A stretch of 63,769 nucleotides of DNA, filler included, from Globobulimina sp. (lineage: Eukaryota): the NCBI GenBank assembly GCA_003354225.1. It is 32 parts of 32 records of this genome, joined end to end, with 100 filler letters (N's around TTAATTAATTAA, not from the genome) between each part and the next. Parts side by side here need not be neighbours in the genome. Positions count along the whole stretch, not along the records: positions 21,968 to 23,864 come from PIVH01010804.1; positions 23,965 to 25,860 come from PIVH01010805.1; positions 25,961 to 27,856 come from PIVH01010806.1; positions 27,957 to 29,852 come from PIVH01010807.1; positions 29,953 to 31,848 come from PIVH01010808.1; positions 31,949 to 33,844 come from PIVH01010809.1; positions 33,945 to 35,840 come from PIVH01010810.1; 25 more parts are not named here. One strand, written 5' to 3'. Below, in pieces: positions 22,819 through 34,740 of the stretch; positions within the stretch are counted from its first letter, which is position 1; the number at the start of each line of letters is the position of its first letter. Both the position numbers and the translations under genes were made by a program. Below the pieces are notes generated by a model that worked only from the letters and a program-made list of their open reading frames with translations, was not told the origin of the DNA and ran no database searches.

Positions 22819-23810
22819 TTAATATTTAACACGAATATCACCTCTCGGTATTAGGTGTGCCTGACTCAAGGATTGATCGAATTCATTTTCATTTAAAACA
22901 TGACCATTTTGTAATTCCAAACCGAATGCTTTTGATGCCAATTCAGGACAGGATTGCAAAAGCCTTCCATAGACCCCCCAGAAGGTATCATTCCCATCCA
23001 TTTGATACGTATATTGCCGATTATCCGGTAATATCATCCGGATGATTGCTTTCTCATTCTTCTGCCCACCCGGCCCTGCTCCACCATTTCCATGCTGATA
23101 ACCACCACCTCCGCCTCCGCCTTCTTGTGGCATGACATCGGGCGATATCGCTGCATTCGAACTAAATTGCTGAGCTGCTGCTTTCTGTAAATCCCACCCG
23201 TTTGCTTCCAATAACTGCATTGCTGTATTTCTATCTGTTATCGATGTAAAACTCATAAATGTCGCAATTTTCTCATTCTTATCTGATTCTGCTTTATTTT
23301 TCGATGCGTTTATCTCCATTTTTTGTTGAGACTAAATATTAAAACATGGCTATCCTTGCACCCATTCAACATAACAAAAATATAAAAATTCATACCAATC
23401 TATCCGTGGTCTCTTTTTCTTCATCAATATACATTTCAACTTCAGCCATTATATTTTCCTCCAAATCCATTGGTAAATAGACCTGTATAGTTAGTGATGT
23501 TTGGTATGGTAAATGCGAAAATGCGATGTATGGTAATCATTGTTTTTCTTATACATACATTAGTTGATGGTATTTGTGATGTTACATCGAGATTATCATC
23601 AAAGTCTGATGAGGATGAACTCGATTTTGTATTCACATAACAGGCGCACCATTTAGTGACTGGGTACATTGATTTTAGATCCGATGCTTGTCGTTTCAGG
23701 TGGACTGGTGCTTGCTGTTGAGGTTGACGTTGACGTTGAGGAACTTGATATCCATTATTATTTCGTACAAACTGGTGTTGTTTATGTTGCTGTTGTTGGT
23801 GCCAAGCCAT
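22819..23810 (-). CDS. UBA-like + UBX-domain protein (p97/Cdc48 cofactor-like); introns 23332-23395 and 23483-23558
   Basis: KIATFMSFTSI...AMQLLEANGWDLQKA (UBA-like) and IIRMILPD...QSLSQAHLIPRG (UBX-like); three exons splice in frame. Confidence 0.7.
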
Positions 23811-23991
23811 GTAAGAAGTTTATTTATTCCTTTCTCCTCTATTCTATGAAAATTAATAAGAATGNNNNNNNNNNNNNNNNNNNNNNNNNNNNNNNNNNNN
23901 NNNNNNNNTTAATTAATTAANNNNNNNNNNNNNNNNNNNNNNNNNNNNNNNNNNNNNNNNNNNNTTTAAAAATAAATCGATTTGGAGCAAC

Positions 23992-24038
23992 TTTTTGTCG
24001 TCTTCCACTTTTGTCGTCTTCCATTTTTGTCGTCTTCC
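23992..24038. repeat. Three tandem 16-bp copies of TTTTGTCGTCTTCC(A/G)N
   Basis: Directly visible at the contig start. Confidence 0.8.
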
Positions 24039-24045
24039 GAATAAA

Positions 24046-24700
24046 ATGAAACTAGCTCACTCTAAACGACATAGAACCCCAGGAAGGAACAAATACTTTG
24101 TCCTCCCAGGGGGATAAAACTGTGTATTATCATATTCCTAAAACAGGGTCAACTGCAATTCGATGGGGAATATTTGTAAAAAAATGACCATGTACATTCC
24201 CAATGTGGTTTTACAATTATTCGGAATCCAATTACAAGGCTAATATCTGCGTATTATACAATTTAACTTTGATCCTCCCACCAGACACACACAGATTGAA
24301 AGTGAGACCATTAAATTCTTAGATATTGAAGGTGAGCCTCAACGCTTCAGGGTTTTATACCATGTGATGTCACAGTCTGCGGCGTTGGGAGCTGTACAAT
24401 TGGAGATGATTTGCATTTTATTTTGAGATTTGAGCATTTAGAGGAACACTACAATCAATTGAATTGACACAATACTGCAAAGACATGAAATCATTGGGCA
24501 AATGGCCAAAATCCAAAATGAAGTTGGATAAAAAGAAAAGAAATTTAAAACGATATGTCAATTATTCAAGAAATATGGCTCTTGATTCTTGGACTCAAAA
24601 TGAGATAGAACCGGCATGGTTGGCTATCGACAAAGAGACATATGATATTAAAGATTATACAATATTATACAAACATAGTTATGTTGTTGACATGAGGTAA
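24046..24700 (+). pseudogene. Disrupted Sulfotransfer_2-type sulfotransferase
   Basis: YYHIPKTGSTAIR (5'-PSB) and FTIIRNPITRLISAY (3'-PB) motifs separated and followed by stops and frameshifts. Confidence 0.65.
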
Positions 24701-25797
24701 CCATCGGACCAGATTTCAGAAACAATGTTATATGGACCAGATTTCAGAAAAGTTAATAAATAACCTTCCAATATTGTCGATTCTGAACTTCGTTTCAATT
24801 TTGTTTTCAAACTGTTTAGGATTCCATTACCTAAAATTTCCCACTGTGCCTGTACATAAAATAACATTGCTTTAAACAAACCAGATGGTTTTGGAGACCA
24901 TCTTATGGTTGCCAAATAAGTTTCTGGTGATAAATTCTGCACATAATGTGGCCAATAATCACAATTTATTAAAACATCACCAGGATATAATGTAGCATCC
25001 ACGAGTTTATCAGAGTTGTTTGTTGGTATGTCAAGTGATTCTAAATATTCATAAACATGTTGTTGTACATTCATACCTTCACTTGCATCCACTTGTTTAC
25101 AGTCTCCAGCAATTCCATGATGTTTTAGTGTACATCCCATCTTTAACCAATATTCAGGTGATAAAGCAATAAACCTTTTAACACCTCCAAGTAATACTGC
25201 AACATTTTTCCCAGCAGCCATGTGCCAGTTAGAACCGGTGTTGTTGCCACGTGAGAAGAAATATAGTGTCTTGATATAAACATAATCATCTTTTGTTGTA
25301 TCATTGACATGAACTAATGATTTGAAATTATTCTTCAACAACTGGTTAGTTTCATCCAGAGTCAACGATAATGACGGTACAATCATTTTCCATGTGTCGT
25401 ATTCTTGATTACTCAGATAATCTCTTAATTTAACTTGTTTGTTGTTTACATAATTTGTGAATGGTTGGATATCAATTTCTCTGTCACCAAGTAAGCTAAT
25501 TAATCTTGTTTTAATTGTATTCATACATGATTGCGAATATTTTCCATCATCAGATCTCTCGCAACCAAGTTCATTCATATCAAATGCATTTCTGATAACA
25601 ATAGGATGTTTGCAAGGAGTATTAATGAATTTCATTATCAATGCTTGTGCATCTACATCATCACCATCACTGACTTCATTTTCAACGCTAAATCCATGAT
25701 AAGAAGGTTCTATCTGCGAAACTTGTTTTTTCAACAAAATCGAAATTGACAGGAACACAATACTGACCAATATTATCAGTTGTACGGAGCGCTTCAT
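24679..25797 (-). CDS. Secretory JmjC/Cupin_8 2OG-dependent oxygenase with H-x-A metal motif
   Basis: N-terminal signal/TM; HPIVIRNA; GSNWHMAAGKNVAVLLGGVKRFIALSP; LYPGDVLINCDYWPHYVQN. Confidence 0.8.
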   Translation of the reverse strand: MKRSVQLIILVSIVFLSISILLKKQVSQIEPSYHGFSVENEVSDGDDVDAQALIMKFINTPCKHPIVIRNAFDMNELGCERSDDGKYSQSCMNTIKTRLISLLGDREIDIQPFTNYVNNKQVKLRDYLSNQEYDTWKMIVPSLSLTLDETNQLLKNNFKSLVHVNDTTKDDYVYIKTLYFFSRGNNTGSNWHMAAGKNVAVLLGGVKRFIALSPEYWLKMGCTLKHHGIAGDCKQVDASEGMNVQQHVYEYLESLDIPTNNSDKLVDATLYPGDVLINCDYWPHYVQNLSPETYLATIRWSPKPSGLFKAMLFYVQAQWEILGNGILNSLKTKLKRSSESTILEGYLLTFLKSGPYNIVSEIWSDGYLMSTT

Positions 25798-25960
25798 CGT
25801 TTTGCTTACTTTGATGTTGTTACAGTAGAATTCGTTTTGGGTTTTGATAAAAATGTCAGCNNNNNNNNNNNNNNNNNNNNNNNNNNNNNNNNNNNNNNNN
25901 NNNNTTAATTAATTAANNNNNNNNNNNNNNNNNNNNNNNNNNNNNNNNNNNNNNNNNNNN

Positions 25961-26990
25961 AATATTGTTGTATCAGTATTTAATACGTGGCCGAATGCGT
26001 CTGTGGCAGTTAAATAAACAGAATTATTGAGGCCAGCAATATTATTTAGAAATGGGGCTTGATCATTTACAACAGTTTGTTGATAAGATACATTTCCTGG
26101 AGAAATATAAATTGGTGACGCATCAAATGGTGAATTTTTAATATGTTGTTGATAGTATAAGTATGTTGATGGAACAATTGACTTTGAGATGGAATCAGAA
26201 GACCACCTCAGCTCAATATATGCTTCAGCTCTAATTTCTTTATATTCGATAATAATGTCATGAAATGTATTTGCGGTCAAATTGACTGAAGCCCAGGTTT
26301 CGTTGCAACATTCATCCCAGCCATTGATGATCATTTGTTTATCAATCCATAATCTTGAGCCATCGTCAGCATATAAATAAAACCTATATGTTTCATTATA
26401 TGGTGCTAATATTTTACCTTCCCATCTTGCAGAAATATAATCTGTGCCATATACTGTGATTGCCGCATCTGTGCCCCATTGATAATTTATTTCCGATGCA
26501 ATTTCGGAGTATGATTCTGTTCCTGTAAACCATATATTATCCCAATAACGACCGTATAAGCCACCGTTTATTAATAAATATATTGTTACAATGTAATTAT
26601 CGGATACTTCTACACTTTCATGATATGTAATTGTATACGTTGATAATGCGGATGATTCAATATTTGGTATTACCCATAAACCTGTATCGGATGTTTTTGT
26701 TACTCTCCCTTTGGTATAATATGATGATTCGCATTGTTTCGCTGTAATATGTGGCTCATTAAACGGATAACACAATATTTCACACGACATTGAGCCATAT
26801 CCAACCTCACAGGTATCTGCTTTATTTAATTCTGCCCAAAATAATTCCGAATCACCGGCTGGATTTCCATTCGCATCTTTTGCAGTTATCACAAAGCTGG
26901 ACTTTGTTGTGTCTAATATTGATGAGTTTTGAGGCAGACCATTTATCGGTGTCGTAATTTCTGTATTGGTTGCATTTGATATTGCATTTA
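25961..26990 (-). CDS. PA14-domain protein with flanking filamin/Ig-like repeats, internal fragment
   Basis: GLYGRYWDN...INYQWG...DYISARWEGKI.APYNETYRFYLYADDGSRLWID (PA14); FVITAKDANGN and VYLTATDAFGH filamin-like strands. Confidence 0.85.
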
Positions 26991-27971
26991 CTTTATTTTT
27001 TTTATTTTTTTTTATTTTTGTTGCTATTTACAAACACCAAGTATACATACTGTACGTCACACGATGTATCAACAAAAACAAAATAGAGCGCATATTGAGG
27101 TACACAAACTAAGTCTAAGTACTAGTCAAGATTTTTGCAGTAAATCTTTGTTTATTGTGTCAGAACAAAATGGCAGCGCAACTATTTCAAATGAAGAATG
27201 AAGGTAATTTACAAATGGAGTTCAAATAAGTGAATTTATGTAATCTGTATGATGGGGAAAGGGGTATACATAAAGTTATTCCTCTGGATTTGTCTGATAA
27301 ATTGATGATTTTTAATGGAGATTATTAGGAATCTCATAGGAAGCTTAAGTCAATTACCATCAAATCATTGATTTACTGAATCATATCATATCAAATACAG
27401 ATTCGTTGCTTCATTTGCATAGATAGTTTATTTACAAACAGATCGATGTGAAAGTTAATTATTATAAACATTGTGCAGCAAAAACTAATGTTCATCCGTA
27501 TGTGGTTTAATATTAATCTCCACATATAAGATGGTGCATGAATTTAAAAATTAATATTATATCTTTGTGGTGCCCTCTGTTTGTACTTCTTTTTGCGCCC
27601 ATTGATGTTTCTCTTGTTTCTCCTCAGAAGCCATTGTTGCTGGTACTATTTTTCTTATATAGTGTATATTTAGGATATATTCCATTAGTCAATATTTAAG
27701 GGTCAGGTAATTTTTAATATTGAATAAGGTGTTTCTAAGAATAGAAGAGAGCGATAGTAATCTAAAGGAGTTGATCGAACTATCTAAGGGTACAATTTCT
27801 AACGTTTCGACCTCATTATGGATTGTTCAGTAAAAGAGAGCAAGAAAAAAAAAGAANNNNNNNNNNNNNNNNNNNNNNNNNNNNNNNNNNNNNNNNNNNN
27901 TTAATTAATTAANNNNNNNNNNNNNNNNNNNNNNNNNNNNNNNNNNNNNNNNNNNNTGTCTGTAAATGATC

Positions 27972-28545
27972 TCATTGTCGCCGGATAGGTGTCTTTGTTA
28001 CGACTAATCGGGTGCGATTTATAAAAAAACTCTGTGCTCGGCCACTTATTACGTTGAATATATTTTCCAATGGATTAAGTCTTGCTGGTGTTGGATATAA
28101 ATATTCCACAATAATTCTATGTATATCGTCCGAATAAATGGCGGTTTGGGTATATTTTGCGACGACACGGATGGCTGAGTCACGAAGTGGTTGACTTAAT
28201 GCTAATCCAGGTCTTTCGGTAAAGAATGGATAAAATTCACTAATAAATTGATTGTAGGTTAATTCAACGGTTTGTAGGTGAACACTGCCGTCACCTGATA
28301 CTAAATCAGTGTATAATACCAATATTAAATCAAAAAAATATACTAAATTCTGGTTTAATACGATGATAATCTTATCACGAGTTAATGAATCGTTGTGATT
28401 AAAATTAAATCTCGGTATTTCGTATATTCTTAATAAAGTTCTTAATGCAATATTGCGGATATAATGATATATTATGTCTTTTTGATTCTTGTTAAAATTT
28501 CCGTGTAATATTTGGATTCTTGAATTATTGTCTGTCGATAGCCGG
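27972..28545 (-). pseudogene. Degraded ORF of unknown origin (possible mobile-element remnant)
   Basis: Frame extends upstream of the 116-aa ORF through one in-frame TAA; adjacent to (AAGT)n and a hammerhead-like motif. Confidence 0.3.
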
Positions 28546-28652
28546 TAATTTAAACACGGTTTTAGTTTATTATTTGGATCGTCCGTGGTGACTATCTAGG
28601 TTTTATTGATTTGTGTGTATTTTACTGTCGATTTATTTTGGCAAGGTGTTAT

Positions 28653-28678
28653 TAGTAAGTAAGTAAGTAAGTAAGTAA
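28653..28678. repeat. (AAGT)n / (TTAC)n microsatellite
   Basis: agtaagtaagtaagtaagtaagtaa. Confidence 0.9.
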
Positions 28679-28713
28679 TGGAATAATATGTGGACGGATA
28701 TTTATTATTGTCG

Positions 28714-28754
28714 AAACTCCTGACGAAGACAGTATCTGTCGAAACGTCGAAATT
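28714..28754 (+). ncRNA. Minimal type I hammerhead ribozyme-like motif (Penelope pLTR type)
   Basis: CTGACGA (28720-28726) A, stem II GACAG-TAT-CTGTC, GAAA, palindromic ACGT helix III, GTC cleavage triplet (28746-28748); stem I weak. Confidence 0.6.
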
Positions 28755-29415
28755 ATTATTCGTTTAAAAGTAACCTTTCCTAGAAACAAACACCTCACTA
28801 ATTTATTGTATCTATTTGGTATGGAATTCAAGTATGGCGACAGTAGTGGTTACTTTTTTTGGTGAAAAAGTGAACAATAAATATGGTGGAGTTGATTGGT
28901 GGTATTTTTATTGGATTTATGGATGTAAACATTATATAGGATGAAAGTAGAGATTGATGCGGTCATTTTGGTGCACTTTTGGCGGTCTGGGGATCCATAT
29001 TTCCCTATAAAAGACGCTCGCGGTTTGCTGGGAAAAGCAGCGGATTTGAGCAAAAAACCTCAATAGTGATTCTAAGAATGATTTCACTTCATACCAAATA
29101 ATGGAATGATAGAAAATGGAGTTTTATTTACCTTGAAATGGAGTAATGTTAATATCTTAAATCTTAAAATCTAAACACAAACAGCAGAAAAAAAAAAGAA
29201 CAACACAATTACACAAAACACAAGAACAAAACTGAACAAATAACGAACAAAATATCAAACAAAAAGTAGCTACTTTATTTTGTTCTGTTTTGCACCATTA
29301 AACGCTTAGAAATAATACTATTGGATACAATTAATTAATACTAAATACTATTTACTTATTTTACTGCAGAAATATATCAGTGAGTTTTTAGAATTTTGCA
29401 TCATTTTGAGCGACA

Positions 29416-29852
29416 TCAATATTTATTTATTTGTTTGTCGCAATCGATCGCGACTTGATCATCATCACTGTATACACTGACACTGTTTACGCGCGCGCGA
29501 TTTACATCATTTACTACTGATACAGTGTGTAGTGTACATGTTAACTTTGTTTTTGTTTTTGTTGATCCGTTTTCTTCACTAATTGATGATAGTGATATCA
29601 TTGTTGGTTGCGTTGCTATTTGCGATGGGATTTGTGTATTTGTTTCATCTGTTTGTGATTGTACATGAGACATTTCATTATTTGCTAATTTTGTTTCCCT
29701 TGTTTTACTTTCCGTATCTATACGAGGACCCACCTCATTCATCATTCTATTTAATGCTGCCTTGTACATCCAACATAATGTAAAGATGCAGCTAAAATGC
29801 GTAAATAAATCAACAATTCTCCAATAAATATTTAATGTATTTGGTTTTACTG
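29416..29852 (-). CDS. C-terminal fragment of a membrane protein (last TM + cytosolic tail)
   Basis: Open from the contig edge: NIYWRIVDLFTHFSCIFTLCWMYKAAL... to stop. Confidence 0.45.
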
Positions 29853-29952
29853 NNNNNNNNNNNNNNNNNNNNNNNNNNNNNNNNNNNNNNNNNNNNTTAA
29901 TTAATTAANNNNNNNNNNNNNNNNNNNNNNNNNNNNNNNNNNNNNNNNNNNN

Positions 29953-30720
29953 CGTCATCGATGAGGCGGAACCGATCGACATTAGGGATCCCTGCGCATT
30001 GCCGAGATAATTATTATGATTTAGTTTCATTTTAAGATATTGTTGCGTCGATTCATCGTCTTTTGTATATTCTGTATTTTCAGTATAAACAGTTTCGCTA
30101 AATTCAGAATTCATAGTATTTGTGTCCTGATCCGAGACACTTATGATGTGCTTATATTTGTCACTGCCACTATTGACGCCTAATTTTAATTTCATACTAT
30201 TCATATTATTCATGGTTGAGGAGGGCAAATTATTTAAATTATTTATAGTATTTAGATCTTGAGCAGGCGTAATGGTGATGGTCGGGAGCGATGTATGCTT
30301 TTCTATTGCATGATGCACATCATTTGTAGCTAATATTTCTTCTTCTTGTATAAGTGGTGCCTGTTTATATTGATTTTGTTCAATGTGCTCCTCCATTATT
30401 TGTGGTGTTTTTTCCTTTGGTAAAGAGAATGAACGAATATGTAATGATTGAGCGGCTTTTTGTTGATTCATTGTAACAGATAATCGATGCGCGACTTTCT
30501 CTTCAGTCGATGCAAAATCTTGCACTCGCACATTTGTCATTGTTTTACCTTTTTTTATATGGTTTTTTTTACCTTTTGGTGATGATATTGTTGCATCAGC
30601 ATTTAATTTTTCTTGCTTGGCATATGCTAATTTCACCAAACGTCTCCTTTTTTGTGTTTATTTTGTTAATGTTATCACCCAGACGACCGAAAAAAAAACA
30701 AACATTGTTTGTGCTGACAT
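29953..30720 (-). CDS. Hypothetical low-complexity protein, intron 30647-30703, 3'-partial
   Basis: MSAQTM|RRLVKLA after removing a GTTTGT...AAAG intron; open to the contig end. Confidence 0.5.
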
Positions 30721-31029
30721 GACGCTAACCGACTTCAGGAAAACCTCAAAAAAACTTCAATACTGTACTGTTATTTAGTATTCTTGAAGAACTCACGAGT
30801 ATATTCTTTGATTTCAAAAAATAACAATTTAGACCATTCTTTTTCAGTTTGGAACATAAATAAGTTTAAAATTTTGAACTAGAGGAAGTGAGGAAGTGAT
30901 CACCATCTTCCGTGTGTGCGAGGATAATGTATACAGTTTCAAATGTATTCCTGTTTCAAATTATTCATGTTCTAAAGTACGTATATATATAATCTCAATT
31001 CTAATCAATGTAAAATGATGACAATTTAT

Positions 31030-31848
31030 TTATGTTTGTTTGAATGGCGCACTCAAAATTGATTTTTTTAGCCATTTATCTTTGTTGTTTTCAAAATCAA
31101 TGTCTTTAAATTTATAAAATTCATATTGTTGTGTTTGAGGATTATAAAAATAAACAGCAGTATTTTCACCAGTGATACATTCTGTATTTATTTCAGAGTT
31201 TTGTACAAATGAGATTGTGGAACATGAGGCAGCCGCAGGATCGCCAGATGCTGATAACATGCCATGATAATATTCATTGCCAGGAAAGGAATTGGAGTCC
31301 CAAGCATACATTGCGACGGTCAGACATTCTTCAAATGGGGAGGATAATGCCTCAGCGGGTGCTCTTTTCCCACAATCCACATATATTTGATGTTTACCAC
31401 TTGCATCATTTATGTATAACATATCACTGCCTTTATCCTTATCAAATGCACAGCTGTCATCATCCTCGGATTTGTTCATACAGTCTTCATCCATCCACGC
31501 AAAATAAATACAATCAATATTTAATAATTTCGTTTTTTTTATAATATCGCAGGTAACACTTACAATGATTTGATCCTGTACCGATTTCTTGAATGACCAG
31601 ACGCCGGTTCCTAGGCCAACAATATGGCAGTATGCGCCTGATTGCATATTATACAATCTCTTGTATTCGCCGCCTCTCTCATTCGCATCAAACAAAAATA
31701 GCTCCAATGAGATTCGGATTCTTTGTCGATACATGTCACGATCTAAATATTCATTGCCGTTCATTCCCCAACCTTCTCTCTTATAATATCTTCCATTGTC
31801 ATTGCCATTGCCATTGCCATTGCAAACATCTTTTACTTCATCATATGT
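31030..31848 (-). CDS. DUF4804 (MavL-like) macrodomain protein, putative (ADP-ribosyl)hydrolase, 5'-partial
   Basis: AYCHIVGLGTGVW and YAWDSNSFPGNEYYHGMLSASGDPAAASCSTI...QNSEIN match the DUF4804 pattern VGxGxGxW / YAWDxNxxPGNEFW / SGDPAAACST / NPxIN. Confidence 0.8.
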   Translation of the reverse strand, partial: TYDEVKDVCNGNGNGNDNGRYYKREGWGMNGNEYLDRDMYRQRIRISLELFLFDANERGGEYKRLYNMQSGAYCHIVGLGTGVWSFKKSVQDQIIVSVTCDIIKKTKLLNIDCIYFAWMDEDCMNKSEDDDSCAFDKDKGSDMLYINDASGKHQIYVDCGKRAPAEALSSPFEECLTVAMYAWDSNSFPGNEYYHGMLSASGDPAAASCSTISFVQNSEINTECITGENTAVYFYNPQTQQYEFYKFKDIDFENNKDKWLKKSILSAPFKQT

Positions 31849-31948
31849 NNNNNNNNNNNNNNNNNNNNNNNNNNNNNNNNNNNNNNNNNNNNTTAATTAA
31901 TTAANNNNNNNNNNNNNNNNNNNNNNNNNNNNNNNNNNNNNNNNNNNN

Positions 31949-33844
31949 CGTCCGCCAACCACATCGCATCCCAGCCTGGAAAGTAACTCAAACGTGCAAA
32001 TTTCCAGTTTGTCGGTCACATTAAAAGTGGAAGATTTAAAATTTATTCCAGAGAAAGATGTGTATGAAATAGAAATTGGCGATGCATTTTATATATCCAG
32101 CAATCCACAAAAAAAATCAATCAAAATTCATGTGAGCACATCGAAAATGAAAAAAATAAATAAGGAAATAGCGGATGAAGATATGGATAAATTATTGGAG
32201 GAAATTGAAGACCAAAATGAATTCATACATAACAGAGACAAAATCATTTTAGCATTACAGTTAAACCAATATCTATGTATGCATATATATAAAAATGCAC
32301 AAATCCACAGACCCAGAAACATTAAGAAAGAATGGAACAAAATCTCGACTAAACACCCAGCCACATTTAGTCCAACCACACCAATCCCCGATCAAGCATC
32401 GCAATTACAGTCAAGTGACAGTTTGAGTGTCAACAGTATGGACCCCGTCATCTATGAAGAAACCTGCAATTTATACATTGGTCAATGCGTTATTATCAAA
32501 CGCATTTTATTTTTAATGAAATACTATGGATTATGGCGACAATATAAAACCAAACAACTGCAGGATAACAATGGCAAGCAAGCAAGGAAAGATTTTGAGT
32601 CAATGACAGAATTCCTGCATGCTTTGGGCAGATACAATAAAATTGATTTAATGAATGATTATCTCCATGTTCGTAAATGTCATTTTAGCAACGATTTAAT
32701 TGGATATTTCCGAGATAAATTAGATGACTGCAACAGCAATAATAATAAATGTCTATGCATCAAACGCAACAATAAAAGCCGAGAAATTTATTCATATTCC
32801 ACCAAAATGCGAAATGATTTGTATTTTATCAATGCCGTACAAATAAAACAAGGCTCATTACATGAAATCCGTGAAATAAACTTGCAACACGATTTGGATG
32901 TGATTCATTGCTCTTTTCTCCACAATGCATTGTCAGAAACATTAAATAAATATATCTCCGAAGTAGACGCAAAACCAGACAATGCCGACAATGACGAGAA
33001 AGAGGCACAGACTGAGAATATTTATGACGAATTTGGAATATATTTCGATTATTGGAAGGAAAATCGGAAAGATTTCTGCAAATTTCATTATCCAAACTTA
33101 AAGACAGAACTATTAAATAATAATTTATATAGCATCTCATGGAACGATTTCAATTCTATGTACGAAGCAGCCAAAGATTTCCTGCGTACACAATTTGCGA
33201 AATATACAATGAACGCAAAACGGGAATTTGATGCAATGAAAGGAGCGGTCAAATATGGCGCCAATATCGGCATCGATCATATTATTTCCATTCTGAGCTA
33301 TACAAATTATAAGAAGTTGCAATCAGTTTTCATCAAAAACGGCTGCAAGAAGTTGACATTACGGGAGAAGAAACAAGAAGTGATGCTACGTAACAGCGAG
33401 ATTGCAAACTGGTGCCGCTTACTGAAGGAAAGCATTTATTATTACGGCGATCTATTAGGTGATGGGGAGAGATTATACCATGGCATTAACAGGAAATTGA
33501 TGTTCCAGCGCGTGGCGAAAAAATTCAATTTGCCAATGAGTACAACTACATCTTATATGGTGGCAAATAAGTTTGCCAGTTCGCGAGGAATTTGCTTGTT
33601 ATTTGGCAAAATGTTCGCGTTGGAAGAGAATAACTTGTATTTAGATGTTAGTTTTTTGTCCGATTATCCAAACGAATCAGAACGAGTAATCTATGGCGGT
33701 CGGCTGGGATTTGTCGACATTATTTACGACTCAGTGTCGCATTGCGAGTGTGTAATGTCTTTGCGTTTATATCAGAAGTTGATTGATGGAGATTGGTTCA
33801 CTAAAAATGAGAATTTGTTCCAGAAAAAATACCAAAATGAGATT
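31949..33844 (+). CDS. ADP-ribosyltransferase-like (R-S-E fold, His variant) domain protein, partial
   Basis: HIISILSYTNY, RNSEIANWCRLLKESI, LYHGI, PMSTTTSYMVANKFA, GICLLF, FLSDYPNESERVI. Confidence 0.7.
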
Positions 33845-33944
33845 NNNNNNNNNNNNNNNNNNNNNNNNNNNNNNNNNNNNNNNNNNNNTTAATTAATTAA
33901 NNNNNNNNNNNNNNNNNNNNNNNNNNNNNNNNNNNNNNNNNNNN

Positions 33945-34085
33945 GGGAAAACGATTTCGAAACAATTTTTGGCAGGAAAACAATTTCAAAACAGTTTTTG
34001 GCGGGAAAAATGATTTCGAAACAGTTTTTGGCGGGAAAAGGATTGCGAAACAGTTTTTGGCGATGATTTCGAAAGAGCTTTTGGC
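33945..34085. repeat. ~29-30-bp tandem repeat GATTTCGAAACAGTTTTTGGCGGGAAAA, about five copies
   Basis: Direct inspection; central TTTCGAAA palindrome. Confidence 0.85.
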
Positions 34086-34740
34086 ATAACACATAATAAT
34101 ATTGAATAAAAATTTAAAGTTTACTGAAACTGTGTGCAATCTTTTTATTGAACAAATATTAAACAAACAATGAAAATGATAAACTCTAAGTTAAACGAAT
34201 AATAAAATTAACTCAAAAATGTTAAAAATAATAAACTTCTGGTTAAAATATCAATAGAAATCGGTTGGGAAAGTTTACAAATAACAAACTCCTGCTTGAA
34301 AATAATAAAAAGATTGTACAAAACATTAAAAATAATAACGGAAATGATAAAATAGTGACTATTATTGGTTATTTTGGCAGAGCTGCGTCCAGCTCTGATG
34401 GCAATCCAAGGATGGAGGACCAACCAAGGGGCTAAACACACTAGCTCCTCATATACGAGGGCGTAGAAGGAAAAATGAGCAACAAACTATGAAATAATAA
34501 TAAAATCTTTACAAAAACCTTAAAATAATAAACTCTCAATGAAATAATAATAAAATCTTTACAAAACCTTAAAAATAATAAACTCTCAATTAAAAATAAT
34601 AAAAATCTTTACCAAAACATTAAAAATAATAAACTCGCAATTAAAAATAATAAAATCTCAACTAAAAATAGTAATAAATTAAACGAAAGTTTTAAAATAA
34701 TAGTGGTACCATTAAATAGGTCTCCACCCAGACGCACATG

